A stretch of DNA of 51,574 bases, from contig NIVC01002710.1 in the NCBI GenBank assembly GCA_002269645.1, positions 1 through 51,574 on the forward strand. The letters are read 5' to 3'. The notes under the pieces are model-generated. The model saw only the letters and a list, made by a program, of their open reading frames with translations, did not search any database and was not told where the DNA came from. The DNA is from Macrostomum lignano. Lineage: Eukaryota. Positions 12,097 to 24,100 of this stretch are shown one piece after another. Both the position numbers and the translations under genes were made by a program. Every line of letters begins with the position of its first letter. Position 1 is the first letter of the stretch.

Positions 12097-12998
12097 GGGC
12101 CCGTGCTATAGAATACTCTTAACTCCTAAATCCTTAAGAGTGTCCTAACTCCTAGCTCCTAGCTGGCTTTTCTGTGCTATAGAATCAAGAGTAAATTTTA
12201 AGAGCTAGGAGGCTCCTTAAGGACGTTAGGAGACTCCTGGGTGAATTTAGGAGAACTCATTAAGGTCCGTGGCATGCTATAGAATTAGGAGAGGAAGTCT
12301 AGGAGCTAGGAGTTGGCTTTTAGGAGTGATTCTAGGAGCGCGTGTCCTATAGAATGAGAAAATTTCGCTCCTAACTCTTGACTCCTAAGCAAGAGTTCAA
12401 GGGCCAATTTTCACTCTCAGACAAGCTAGGATTATAATGTTTTCGGACAGCGAATCGGATTCTGATGAGGAAAGAGTCAATGATAGACGCCGTCGACAAT
12501 TTAAGGCAAGAATTAATTTTTTTAAAGAAGATCCAGCCGAGAGTGCTATGCGTTTTAGACTTAACGAGATCCAGCTAGCTAGCTTTCAAGCCTAACAGGT
12601 GGAATTCGACACAGAATCGAATATCCAACACGGTGCACATAGCAATCTTCGCATTCTTAGTTATGGTTGTACTAAACGCACCAAAGAGAACCTCTTTGGG
12701 TGCAGCGACGGCTCTCACAAATGATATTTTTTGAGCAATTTGCATTTTCACTCCTGAGATTCAATCCTTAAGGATCGTAAAGTTAGGATTGTGATATAGC
12801 ACACAATTCTCTATCATCCTTAAACGATTGCGCAACACTCCTTGAACACACCCCCACTACTAGGCTGCACTCCTTGCAAGAACTCCTATAGCTCCTAACT
12901 CTTAACTCCTGATTCTATAGCACACAAAATCCAATCACTCCTTGTCAAGAGTACTCTTGAGTCCTAGCTCCTAGCTCCTGATTCTATAGCACGGGCCC
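12097..12998 (+). mobile_element. PIF/Harbinger non-autonomous deletion derivative (~0.9 kb)
   Basis: Perfect TIR GGGCCCGTGCTATAGAAT / ATTCTATAGCACGGGCCC. Flanks CAG/CAA suggest an imperfect 3-bp TSD. CTATAG motifs repeat subterminally. Internal remnant 12437..12595 MFSDSESDSDEE..RINFF..AMRFRL resembles a Harbinger transposase N-terminus. Confidence 0.8.
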
Positions 12999-13215
12999 CA
13001 AGTCACACACACGCAGTCACACTTCACACGCAGCCACAAAGTTTGGATCAAGAACAGAAAAATCCGAGATTACGAGATTCCGATGCAGCACCCTGAAGCA
13101 AAATTATTGATTTCCACAACGGGTCACAAGGTGGGGTGGGGGACAAAGCATTGGCATGCCCCCCATAGATTTAACTGGGGGACATGCCCCCCCCCTGGTG
13201 GCGACGCCCCTGCTT

Positions 13216-13280
13216 CTCTCCTCTCCTCTCCTCCTCTCCCTTCTCTCCTCTCCTTTCTCTCTTCTCCCTTCTCTCTTCTC
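13216..13280. repeat. CT-rich microsatellite
   Basis: (ctctc)n-like run. Confidence 0.8.
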
Positions 13281-13699
13281 TGGCGCAAGCAAACAGTACT
13301 CAGTTCTTGCCAAAAACTTGTTATCCAAATACTCGCTGACAAAACAGCTTTGGAATCAATGCACCAGCGACCTGCTTGGGGTTTCTGTCCACGAAAAAAT
13401 GTTGCGTGCATCCGAAAATGTAGAAAAAAAGAAAATAATGAAATCGCACTGTAGTCATTTAAAGCAATGAAATCATCGCGGGAAATGCAATCGCGCGCAT
13501 CCGTTACGGCGCACTTGTATTTAAATGGATCTCTGAAGCCAAGCACAGACAGCAGTTCAGGACCAAGGACTACTTAAGGAAATTTTTAGGAGGCCGGTTT
13601 CACCGAAGAAATACAAATTAGAAAGAAAAATTGAAAACCTGCCTTCTAAAATTTTCCAAGAAGCGTAGTTTCCCGTCTTTCTACTTGAGCAGTCCTTGC

Positions 13700-16600
13700 T
13701 CAGGACTCAAGCCGCACACAGTGCCAACCCAGCTCAGGCACGAGGCCCTCCTCAGACTCAGTGGCAGACTTGGGCAGCGCAGTGAGCAGATGCATCGGGC
13801 CGCCGATCTGTGCCTGGTTGTCGGCCGTCAGCTCGGGCACGTCGGACCTTTGCGGCGACCCCAACGGCGGCAGTGCGGCGCCTTTCGTGGCCGGGGCGCG
13901 AAAGAAGATGTGCCTGGCCAGCTGCCAGTCCACGAACTCGTGGCGCTGCCAGGCCAGGTAGGAGTGGTCCCGGTACGTGTCATTGCTCAGAATGTGACAG
14001 CGCGGGCCCGAGCTGAGGGCGGCGTGCAGAGCGAACAGGTCGTCAGCTGCGGCAGTTTGGAACAGGCTGATGGCGCCGATGCCTCCGTGCTGGGAGCGGA
14101 GCTTTTCCAGCAGAGCCTGCGGTTGAAGATGTTTCTTGGAAAATTTACTGCTAATACTGGGAAAGGTGTCCCGTGCATACAGTAACGCTGGCACTGTATA
14201 AGAGTCGCTCAATGTGTCACTCATTGTGTTGCTCATTGTGTCGCTCAATGTATTGCTCATTGTGTTGCTCATTGTATTGATCATTGTATTGCTCATTGTA
14301 TTGCTCATTGTGTTGCTCATTGTGTCGCTCATTGTATTGCTCATTGTGTTGGTCATTGTGTCGCTCATTGTATTGCTCATTGTGTCGCTCATTGTGTTGC
14401 TCATTGTGTTGCTCATTGTGTCGCTCATTGTATTGCTCATTGTGTCGCTCATTGTATTGCTCATTGTGTCGCTCATTGTATTGCTCATTGTGTCGCTCAT
14501 TGTATTGCTCATTGTGTCGCTCATTGTATTGCTCATTGTGTCGCTCATTGTATTGCTCATTGTATTGCTCATTGTATTGCTCATTGTGTTGCTCATTGTG
14601 TCGCTCATTGTGTTGCTCATTGTGTTGGTCATTGTGTCGCTCATTGTATTGCTCATTGTGTTGCTCATTGTGTCGCTCATTGTGTTGGTCATTGTGTCGC
14701 TCATTGTGTTGCTCATTGTATCGCTCATTGTGTTGCTCAATGTACTGCTCATTTGTCGCTCATTGTGTTGCTCATTGTATCGCTCATTGTGTTGCTCAAT
14801 GTACTGCTCATTGTGTCGCTCATTGTGTTGCTCATTGTGTTGCTCATTGTATTGCTCATTGTGTCGCTGACTGTGTCGCTGACTGTGTCACTGACTGTCG
14901 CTAATTGCAACACCAATTCAGGTTTTATTTACCTGAAATTTGCGCAGCTGGGCGTCCCGGCCGGTGCTATACTTGTACAGCAAGCCAATGTGCAGCGGTT
15001 TTGGCGCCCGCTGTCCACGAATCATCCAGTTGACAGCGTCTGACAGGTGCGACACTGACTGCTTCATCGTGTAATGAAGCTGCGAATAAAAAGGTAGGTT
15101 AAGCGAATAAGTTACTTAACTTGACTTAATCTGATAATTGTCTTCAGGCCAATGCTCCTTCGTACATGGTCTTTGTTCGGAACAAATGTGGCTGCACATC
15201 ATAGTGTGACTCGACCGATTACGGGTCATTGTCTAAGATCTCTGACTAGAAGTCTTTGTCCAATCTAAATCTGACTAGAAGTCTTTGTCCAATCTAAATC
15301 TGACTAGAGGTCTTTGTCCAATCTAAATCTTGTTCGTTTTTTGGGACGAGTAAGAAAATTGATCGAGTCTCAGCCTTTAGCTTAACTCTGCAGACGCTTG
15401 GTCTTTTCAATTATATTTTGGCAACTCTTTAAGCCACCGAATTGAACTGTACAAATGTCCATAGACATCAATAGGATTCTCAGCCGTTGACGGCTACTAA
15501 GCAAAGTGCATTCTCTAATAAATAAAAGTTCATCACAGTGCTAACAAATCTGACTAGAGGTCTTTGTCCAATCTAAATCTGACTAGAGGTCTTTGTCCAA
15601 TCTAAATCTGACTAGAGGTCTTTGTCCAATCTAAATCTGACTAGAGGTCTTTGTCCAATCTGAATCTGACTAGAGGTCTTTGTCCAATCTAAATCTGACT
15701 AGAGGTCTTTGTCCAATCTAAATCTGACTAGAGGTCTTTGTCCAATCTAAATCTGACTAGAGGTTCTTGTCCTATCTAAATCTGAAAAGAGGTCTTTGTC
15801 TTTGTCCAATCTAAATCTAGGGTCTAGATACATACATAGTTTTACCATATTAAGTCCAGCATACTAAACAATATAACAAAGACTCACCCATTGTGTATTG
15901 ACCAGCCGGCCCCTGTGCAGCAGCAGATTGCTGGTGTCAACCACCAGATCGAAGGGCCCGTTAGCAGCCGACGTCTCAGCCAGCCAGCGCCTGTAGGCGG
16001 CCAAGACGGCCGGGGGCGCGGGCTGGCCGGCGCCGCCTGTCAGCACCCTGGAGACCGCGGCCAGGAGGTTGGCAACCTCGGCTTCGGTGGGCTCCGGCCG
16101 GTAGGCAGCTGGTGGAAAGCGGCAGCCGCAGGCTGGGCAGCTGCGAGCTGATAGGTGTTCGAGAATTGCCTTTTCGAGCTTATTTATATGTACAGGTCTT
16201 TGTACCCAGCCTAAATTATATGCACAGGTCTTTGTATCCAGCCTAAATTATATGTTCAGGTCTTTGTACCCAGCCTAAATGATATGCACAGGTCTTTGTA
16301 CCCAGCCTAAATTATATGCACAGGTCTTTGTATCCAGCCTAAATTATATGTACGAGTTAAATTATCGTACAGATCTTTGTACACAGCCTATATTATACGT
16401 ATAGGTCTTTGTTTCCAGTCCATTTTGCCTACGTGTCTTTGTACCCAGCCTATTTTGTCACATGTTGGTCTTTGTCAAGCTCATAGTTGGTCCTTGTACA
16501 GCCTAGTTCAGGTCTTTGTTCAGTCAATTTCAGTTGCTTTCCAACCTTCAAGCAGCCGTTTGGCTCACCTCGAATTGTCGACGAAGTCGCCTCACTCTCC

Positions 16601-19364
16601 GACGTCAGGACGTCGCTCAGGCTGACCGGCTGCGCCGTCCAACGTCGACCGTCGGCACCCGGGCTGAGCTTGTTCAGCAGGTCCACCAGAAGGGGCACCG
16701 CCGTGATGTTCACTGGCAGGCCTCGCCTGCTGGCCATGGGCCACAGCAAGCGGGCGTGGAGGTCGCTGGCGCTGCTCAGTCGCTTGGAGGCGGACAGCCC
16801 GTCCAAAAAGTCCTTGGTGAGGATTGGCAGCGCGCTGCGGAACTGAGGGACAGACAGCAGGCAGTTGAACCTTTGGTTCGGTTTCATACCAATCTCCAAT
16901 GTCCATCCCGACACTCCGATGTCCATCCCGACACTCCAATGTCCATCCCGACACTCCAATGTCCATCCCGACACTCCAATGTCCATCCCGACATTCCAAG
17001 TCTCCAATGACCACCGACACTCCAATGTCCATCCCGACATTCCAAGTCTCCAATGTCCATCCCGACATTCCAAGTCTCCAATGTCCATCCCGACATTCCA
17101 AGTCTCCAATGTCCATCCCGACATTCCAAGTCTCCAATGACCACCGACACTCCTATGTATATTCGATACTCCTAATGTCCATCCCGACACTCCAATGTCT
17201 ATCCCGACACTCCCAGTGTCCATCCCGACATTCCAATGTCCATCCCGACACTCCCAGTGTCCATCCTGAAACTCCAATGTCCATCCCGACACTCCCAGTG
17301 TCCATCCTGAAACTCCAATGTCCATCCCGACACTCCAATGTCCATCCTGAAACTCCAATGTCCATCCCGACACTCCAATGTCCATCCTGAAACTCCAATG
17401 TCTATCCCGACACTTCAATGTCCATCCCGACATTCCCAGTGTCCATCCCGACACTCCCAGTGTCCATCCCGACATTCCAATGTCCATCCCCACACTCCAA
17501 TGTCCACCCCGACACTCCAATGTCCATCCTCACACTCCCAGTGTCCATCCTGACACCCCGATGCCCAATGGACATCATCAAAGCATCCCTGACTGACACC
17601 CAGCAGCCCCCTTACAAGCCGATCGTGGCCGCCAAACTCGCTGGTGTCCCAGGCCAGCTCCGCCGCAGAGTACAGCTCCAACAGCTCCTGTTCGGTGCCG
17701 TAGCGAGCAACCAGCGCAGGATTCTTCAATAGAAAACCGGGCGTTCCGGTCAACTCCGATGCTGCCGGAGCCTCTGCTGGTTCTAAATCTTTGGCGCTGT
17801 CTGCGAGTGGGAAATGCGGGATGTACAGCAGAGCTGTATAACTTGGGCGAGGAGCACCGCTGCCCCCCCCCCAGTGAGCACCGCTGCCCCCCCCCCTCGT
17901 TGAGCACCGCTGCCCCCCCCTAGTGAGCACCGCTGCCCCCCCAGTGAACACCGCTGCCCCCCCAGTGAGCACCGCTGCCGCCCCCAGTGAACACCGCTGC
18001 CCCCCCCCCTAGTGAGCACCGCTGCCCCCCCAGTGAACACCGCTGCCCCCCCCCAGTGAGCACCGCCCCCCCCCTAGTGAGCACCGATGCCTCCCGCCCC
18101 CTCGTTGAGCACCGCTGCCCCCCCCCCCAGTGAGCACCGATGCCTCCCGCCCCCTCGTTGAGCACCGTTGCCTCCCCTCGTTGAGCACCGCTGCCCCCCC
18201 CCCCCTAGTGAGCACCGCTGCCCCCCCCCAGTGAACACCGCTGCCCCGACAGTGAGCACCGCCCCCCCCCTAGTGAGCACCGCTGCCCCCCCCCCACCGC
18301 TGCCCCCCCCCTAGTGAGCACCGCTGCCCCCCCCCTAGTGAGCACCGCTGCCCCCCCCTAGTGAGCACCGCTGCCCCCCCCCAGTGAACACCGCTGCCCC
18401 CAGTGAGCACCGCCCCCCCCCTAGTGAGCACCGCTGCCCCCCCCAGTGAGCACCGCTGCCCCCCCCCAGTGAGCACCGCTGCCCCCCCAGTGAGCACCGC
18501 CCCCCCCTAGTGAGCACCGCTGCCCCCCCCCAGTGAGCACCGCTGCCCCCCCCCCCCTAGTGAGCACCGCCCCCCCCCTAGTGAGCACCGCTGCCCCCCC
18601 CCAGTGAGCACCGCTGCTCCCCCTCCCCTAGCAAGCACCGCAGCCTCACTGGCTAGCCGTTTCCAGCGCTCATACAGCCGCCTGTGGGGGTGCCTGCTCA
18701 GCAGCTTGCAGGCCACGGCCGACATGCTCCTCAGCTGGTCAGAGGAGGCGCCGCAGTCAAGCAGTCGCTCGAGGGCGCGGTGCACCAAGTCTGGACAGTC
18801 GCCAGCGGAACAGGCACTGGCCACGGCCAGCAGCGAGGTCGGGCAGCTCCGCAGCGGCTCCTCGGCCAGGCCATGACTGGCCAGGCTATGGAACAGCTGG
18901 CCAGAGGCAGCGCCCGCCGATGTCAGCAGGCGCAGCAGCAGCGCCAGCCAGAGATGCCCGCCGCCGCCGCCTCTGCCCAACCGCCAACGCTCGGCTTCTT
19001 CTAGTAGGAATTGGCGCAGGCTGGCAAATGCTTTGGCATCAAGCGAGCAGTCAGCCGCAGCAGACAGAGCTACAGTTAGCTGGATTTGTGGCTGAGCACT
19101 GGGAAAATTGGCATAGCGGTTGCGCAGCTCTGCCAGCAGGCGGTTGGAACAGCTGCCAGTCTTTCTTTCATTGGCTTTGCTGAGGCTCTGCTGGGCCTCC
19201 TGAACTGCTGGCGACAGTGGTGGCAGAAACTCAAAGCTGGGCCGCTGGCCTTGGCCTGACCCTGACTGGCTGAGGCAGCGAATGTGGACTAAGGGCAGTA
19301 AGCGACTGGCTGCTGCCACTGCTTGCAGCATCTCCTTTGTGAAGATACTGCGAAGAAGTGTCAT
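13700..19364 (-). CDS. PRORP: Mitochondrial protein-only RNase P catalytic subunit (MRPP3/KIAA0391); exons 19364..18650, 17800..17616, 16842..16569, 16147..15888, 15079..14933, 14116..13700 (665 aa)
   Basis: Zn-site CPAC; NYN motifs GPFDLVVDTSN, AADDLFALHAALSSG and HILSNDTYRDH; C-terminal H and W-x-C. The N-terminus looks like a mitochondrial presequence. All five introns are GT-AG with consistent phases (1, 0, 1, 0, 0). The start could instead be the second Met (MLQAVAA). Confidence 0.88.
14205..14895. repeat. 12-bp minisatellite (ctcattgtgttg) in PRORP intron 5
   Basis: Tandem array seen directly. Confidence 0.95.
15240..15820. repeat. 29-bp minisatellite (tctgactagaggtctttgtccaatctaaa) in two blocks, PRORP intron 4
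   Basis: Blocks at ~15240-15335 and ~15548-15820. Confidence 0.9.
16190..16390. repeat. 32-bp minisatellite (caggtctttgtacccagcctaaattatatgca) in PRORP intron 3
   Basis: About 5 copies. Confidence 0.85.
16895..17560. repeat. 20-bp minisatellite (ccaatgtccatcccgacact) in PRORP intron 2
   Basis: Tandem array seen directly. Confidence 0.95.
17852..18625. repeat. C-rich ~21-bp minisatellite (gtgagcaccgctgccccccc..) in PRORP intron 1
   Basis: Units have variable C-runs, so the transcribed strand is G-run rich. Confidence 0.95.
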
Positions 19365-19831
19365 TGTGATTCAGTTGAATGATTCAGATTTTGCCTGCAA
19401 TAATTAAGTTTTATAAAATGTTGAAGAGGTTTATATTTGACTGTTCCTAAATTTAAAGTTGTAATATTTAAAAATCAAAAAAATCAAGAAGCTCTTTTAA
19501 GTCTTTTAAGACTATAGAATGCAAGGTCTATTTTTAAGAATTTCATTTGCAAAATTTATTTTGAAGACACTCTAATAGAGCCAATATTTTAAGTCTTAAA
19601 AGTTTTAATCTATAGGGCCTAGCTGCTGTCGATAAAGAATTAAAGAATTATCAAGACTAAAACCAAAGACCAATGTAAACAAGATTTGTAGCAAAGCAAA
19701 AACTTTATTACTCATCCATATAATTTTTGAGCTTTACTTCATCCATATACTAAAAATCTTTACTTCTAATACCTCTGAACTCAATAATCACTCTACTGTA
19801 CTCTTCTGACTAACCAATCAACCAGCTGGTT

Positions 19832-20244
19832 GGTAAAGTGTAAAAAGTTACCCAGTTACCCAAAAATGTTACCTTCAAATTGCATTCAAAGAGCGCAATG
19901 AAATTGAAAATAACTTGCTATCGCCTATGCAGCATAAATCATAGAATAATTATTCATAAAATATAGATGATGAGGCCAATAAATGAGTGTTTAATTGCTG
20001 GGTAAGACATTACCCAAAAACTTACCTGCAATTACCCAGGGTTTACACACGCTTACCCAATGAAAAAAAAAATTCTCTTGTGATTTATTTTACCCATTCT
20101 ATAAGCTTCTAACTTGCAATTGTAATTTGCACTAGACAAACGAAATCGAAATACAATATTATTTTCAATTTAATTGCGCTCTTTGAACGCAATTTGAAGG
20201 TAACGTTTTCCCCAAAAAAACTGGGAAACTTTTTACACTTTACC
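19832..20244. mobile_element. MULE-like MITE (~413 bp) between PRORP and SNX5/6
   Basis: ~95-bp imperfect TIRs starting GGTAAAGTGTAAAAAGTT. Flanking duplication agctggtt (8 bp; 10 or 12 bp if the boundary is shifted inward). Confidence 0.8.
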
Positions 20245-21165
20245 AGCTGGTTGGTGGAGAGACTCATTCCTTGAAAATATAAAACTCGAATTTTTTAGCA
20301 GAAGCCTCAAAAGTAAATAATGAATTCGTAAAGCACCGTTTTTTTCTGGTTGTCTTTTTTATTTTTGTTTTGTTTTTTACTAATTCTATTGCTAATCTTC
20401 TTGTATTTTTGTTAGTTTAGACCTAAGTAACAGAGTTTAAATTATGTTTATTCTATGAATACTTTGGATTGTAAAACCTTCAATCTTTCTCTTTCAGCCT
20501 TTTGTTTCGGAATAGAATTAAGAATTCTATTTTCATTAAATATTCATTATTCATTATTCAGTCATCAAAAATTGAATGAAACGGTTAACTAATTCTTGCA
20601 TGCATTTTCATATTTTGGATGTAAAAGCATTCTACAGCTACATAATATCGATAATGTGGATCACACATTCAGCTTAGTTAAGTTAACTGGCTGAATTTTC
20701 AAATCGTATTGCTTCTATGATTTCTACAATCTAAAAGCTGAGCCATGAATATTTCGAGTAAAAAGGTTGAATTTCAGCAAAATTTATTAAATATAGGTCT
20801 GTCAACTTGAAGGCTTAGCATAGTTAAACTTTGATAGTATTGGTTAACACTGCCATTTTGCTGCTGCTTAATTTTTTGTCATTCTAAATGTCATATTTAG
20901 AAAGAATTTTATCTTTAAAGTTTTTTATTGTATTTGCTTATAAGACAGGTATGTTCTTCCTATGCTCAGACCTAAGACTAAATAGTTATCTCAATTATTC
21001 AACAATTAATTTTTTTATTTGAAACAAAATACTTTATCATACTATCCCAAAATTGATTATTTCATTATTATTATTAGCAATCAAATATATGCAGCAAACG
21101 ATGTAAAATTTTATTTCCAATTTACAGCTGATCATTCTGTTTTATAAAAACTTGAAAACTTCTTC

Positions 21166-24100
21166 ATGGACCCCACTGAAAAAGTTTGCAGCCAGTGGCT
21201 CCCCGATGGCGGTGTTATTGGAATTATGAGCAGCGACAGCTCGGATGAGAAGTCTGTGACGCCTCCGCCTCTGCCTCCTGCTCCTGATGCCATCGAGATC
21301 CTGGATGCGCTCAGCGACCGCGGTCGAATTCACTTCACTGTCCGCTCCTCGTTGCCAACCTCCGAAGGACCGACGCTCTCGCTGGCCCGCGTGTCCGTCA
21401 TCCGCTGCCACGAGGACTTCGCCAGGCTGGCGCGGCACCTCTCCGAAGTCGAGGACTTCGCTGGCTGCCTGGTGCCGCAGGCGCCCCAGGCGCCGGACTT
21501 TGCGGCGATTCGCTCCAAGCTGCTCCGCCTGAAGGCTGGCGGCGTTGGCGGCGCGCACCAGCTGACTAGCGAGGAGTACGGCCGGCTGAAGCTCGAGCTT
21601 GAAGGGTGAGCTTGGGACTTGAGCGCGTCAGGGATTAGGGTTAGGGTAGGTTTGGGGTTAGTGCCGTTGCACATTAATCTGGAGCTTGTGCGTGAAAATT
21701 GGCCCGGGGGGGGGGTTGTTGTGCGCGTTTCGCAGCCAGCGGAGCCTCATTGCTGTTTGTGGGACGGATGTCGCCGAATCCTGCAAATATTATATAATTG
21801 TTATTAGGGGTTTGCAGTGTAATTTCGCCGGCCCCATCAATTCGCAGAGAGTACCGACACGCCTTTAAGAAGGCCATCGCCAGCCACGAAGCATTTCTCC
21901 GCTCCATTGCCGAGCATCCGCGCCTGCGGCACGACCGGCGATTCCGGAATTTCCTGATGGACGAGTCGGAAGGTGGATCGGTAGGGATTTGAGTGCTTGC
22001 CGTAGCACTCCTGCTTTTATTGCAAATCCATTGCGCTTTTTGCTGTACCATAGAGAGCCTACTGAAGATTTCTGCTAGTGGTTGCCAATAAGGTTGTACA
22101 ATATTTTTCTAAAATCTGAATATATGCTGTAATTACTACTGTAAAACTAGCGTAAAACTCAGATAGTGTAATTTTTGAAGGCTAATTTCCTGGCAAAATA
22201 CACTGCCGAGAAATGAAAAAATCCAATTTTGACAGTCACACTCGGGCGGCACTAAGCAGCGAGTTCAGAGCCTGTTGCAACCGGGCCTCCTCCTGACAGC
22301 CCTGATTGACAGCCGGTCAGCCGTTGTGCCGCGAATTCTCGGCTCGGTAGCCGGGCCGGAGCCCGATGCTGATGGCGACGAGTTCTTCAACGCCCAGCGA
22401 CGGTTTGCGATAGGCTATCAGCGAGCCCTGCTGCCGGCTCTGCGGTGTCTGGACCGGCTGGCCCTGCTGCAGAAAAGTGCGTCTGCTGCCGCTGTCTATC
22501 TGGTTTGGGTTGTGTATTTTTTTGTTGTGGTTATGTATTGTTGGTTGTAGTTGTGTCTTGTTGGTTGTGGTTGTGTCTTGTTGGTTGTGGTTGTGTCTTG
22601 TTGGTTGTAGTTGTGTCTTGTTGGTTGTGGTTGTGTCTTGTTGGTTGTAGTTGTGTCTTGTTGGTTGTGGTTGTGTCTTGTTGGTTGTAGTTGTGTCTTG
22701 TTGGTTGTGGTTGTGTCTTGTTGGTTGTAGTTGTGTCTTTTGTCGGTTGTGGTTATGTCTTGTTGGTTGTGGTTGTGTCTTGTTGGTTGTGGTTGTGTCT
22801 TGTTGGTTGTGGTTGTGTCTTGTTGGTTGTAGTTGTGTCTTGTTGGTTGTGGTTGTGTCTTGTTGGTTGTAGTTGTGTCTTGTTGGTTGTGGTTGTGTCT
22901 TGTTGGTTGTAGTTGTGTCTTTTGTCGGTTGTGGTTGTGTCTTGTTGGTTGTAGTTGTGTCTTGTTGGTTGTGGTTGTGTCTTGTTGGTTGTGGTTGTGT
23001 CTTGTTGGTTGTAGTTGTGTCTTGTTGGTTGTGGTTGTGTCTTGTTGGTTGTAGTTGTGTCTTGTTGGTTGTGGTTGTGTCTTGTTGGTTGTGGTTGTGT
23101 CTTGTTGGTTGTAGTTGTGTCTTGTTGGTTGTGGTTGTGTCTTGTTGGTTGTGGTTGTGTCTTGTTGGTTGTAGTTGTGTCTTGTTGGTTGTAGTTGTGT
23201 CTTGTTGGTTGTGGTTGTGTCTTGTTGGTTGTGGTTGTGTCTTGTTGGTTGTGGTTGTGTCTTGTTGGTTGTAGTTGTGTCTTGTTGGTTGTGGTTGTGT
23301 CTTGTTGGTTGTGGTTGTGTCTTGTTGGTTGTGGTTGTGTCTTGTTGGTTGTAGTTGTGTCTTGTTGGTTGTGGTTGTGTCTTGTTGGTTGTGGTTATGT
23401 CTTGTTGGTTGTGGTTATGTCTTGTTGGTTGTAGTTGTGTCTTGTTGGTTGTGGTTATGTCTTGTTGGTTGTGGTTGTGTCTTGGGGTTGTAGTTCTGTC
23501 TTTTGTTGGTTGTGGTTGTGTATTTAGTGGTTGGGATTGTATCTTTTGTTGTTGATTATGTGTTTAGTGATTAGGGTTGTGCATTGGTCTTGGTCTATAT
23601 TTGTGTCTTAGTTTTAGATTAACAGTTCAATAAAGTGCCAGCTGCTGTATAAACCGAATGAGCCATAGCTGCTCTTCAAGACTATCTTTGATGTGATTCC
23701 AGCGTCCCTCCTGCTCTCCGCAGACACGGCAGACAGTTTAATTCGGGTGTCCACGGCTGCTCAGGACTGCTCGAAAATTGAGCAGGTCAACGCGGATCGA
23801 GCATTGGCAGAGTGAGCTGACAGTTGTCTGAATTTATTGCTATGATTTTAGCGTTTTTGCAGTGTTATACTACTGAGAGTAGGCTGTAAATTGGATTGTC
23901 AATTTTTATGCCTGTGATTAGCGCCGATGGGGAGGCGCAGGATGGCGCCAATGGGGAGTCGCAGGATGGCGCCAATAAGGAGGCGCAGGGTGGCGCCAAT
24001 GGGGAGGCGCAGGATGGCGCCAATAAGGAGGCGCAGGGTGGCGCCAATGGGGAGGCGCAGGATGGCGCCAATGTGGAGTCGCAGGATGGCGCCAATGAGG

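Noticed and set aside
13120-13213. Possible transposon end (minus strand CAGGGGCGTCGCCACC...), and cagcggccctg at ~12070-12080
   Set aside because: No partner terminus or TSD found in the window.
14117-14904. SNTM/SDTM-repeat extension of the ORF in frame with PRORP exon 6, and the Leu/Ile-rich opposite-strand ORFs
   Set aside because: 12-bp intronic repeat; a good acceptor at 14117 joins exon 5 in phase without it.
22445-23555. Cys/Val-rich ORFs, and similar ORFs over 3823-5789, 16450-18517, 39081-40081 and 48683-49427
   Set aside because: Translations of minisatellites with no independent coding evidence.
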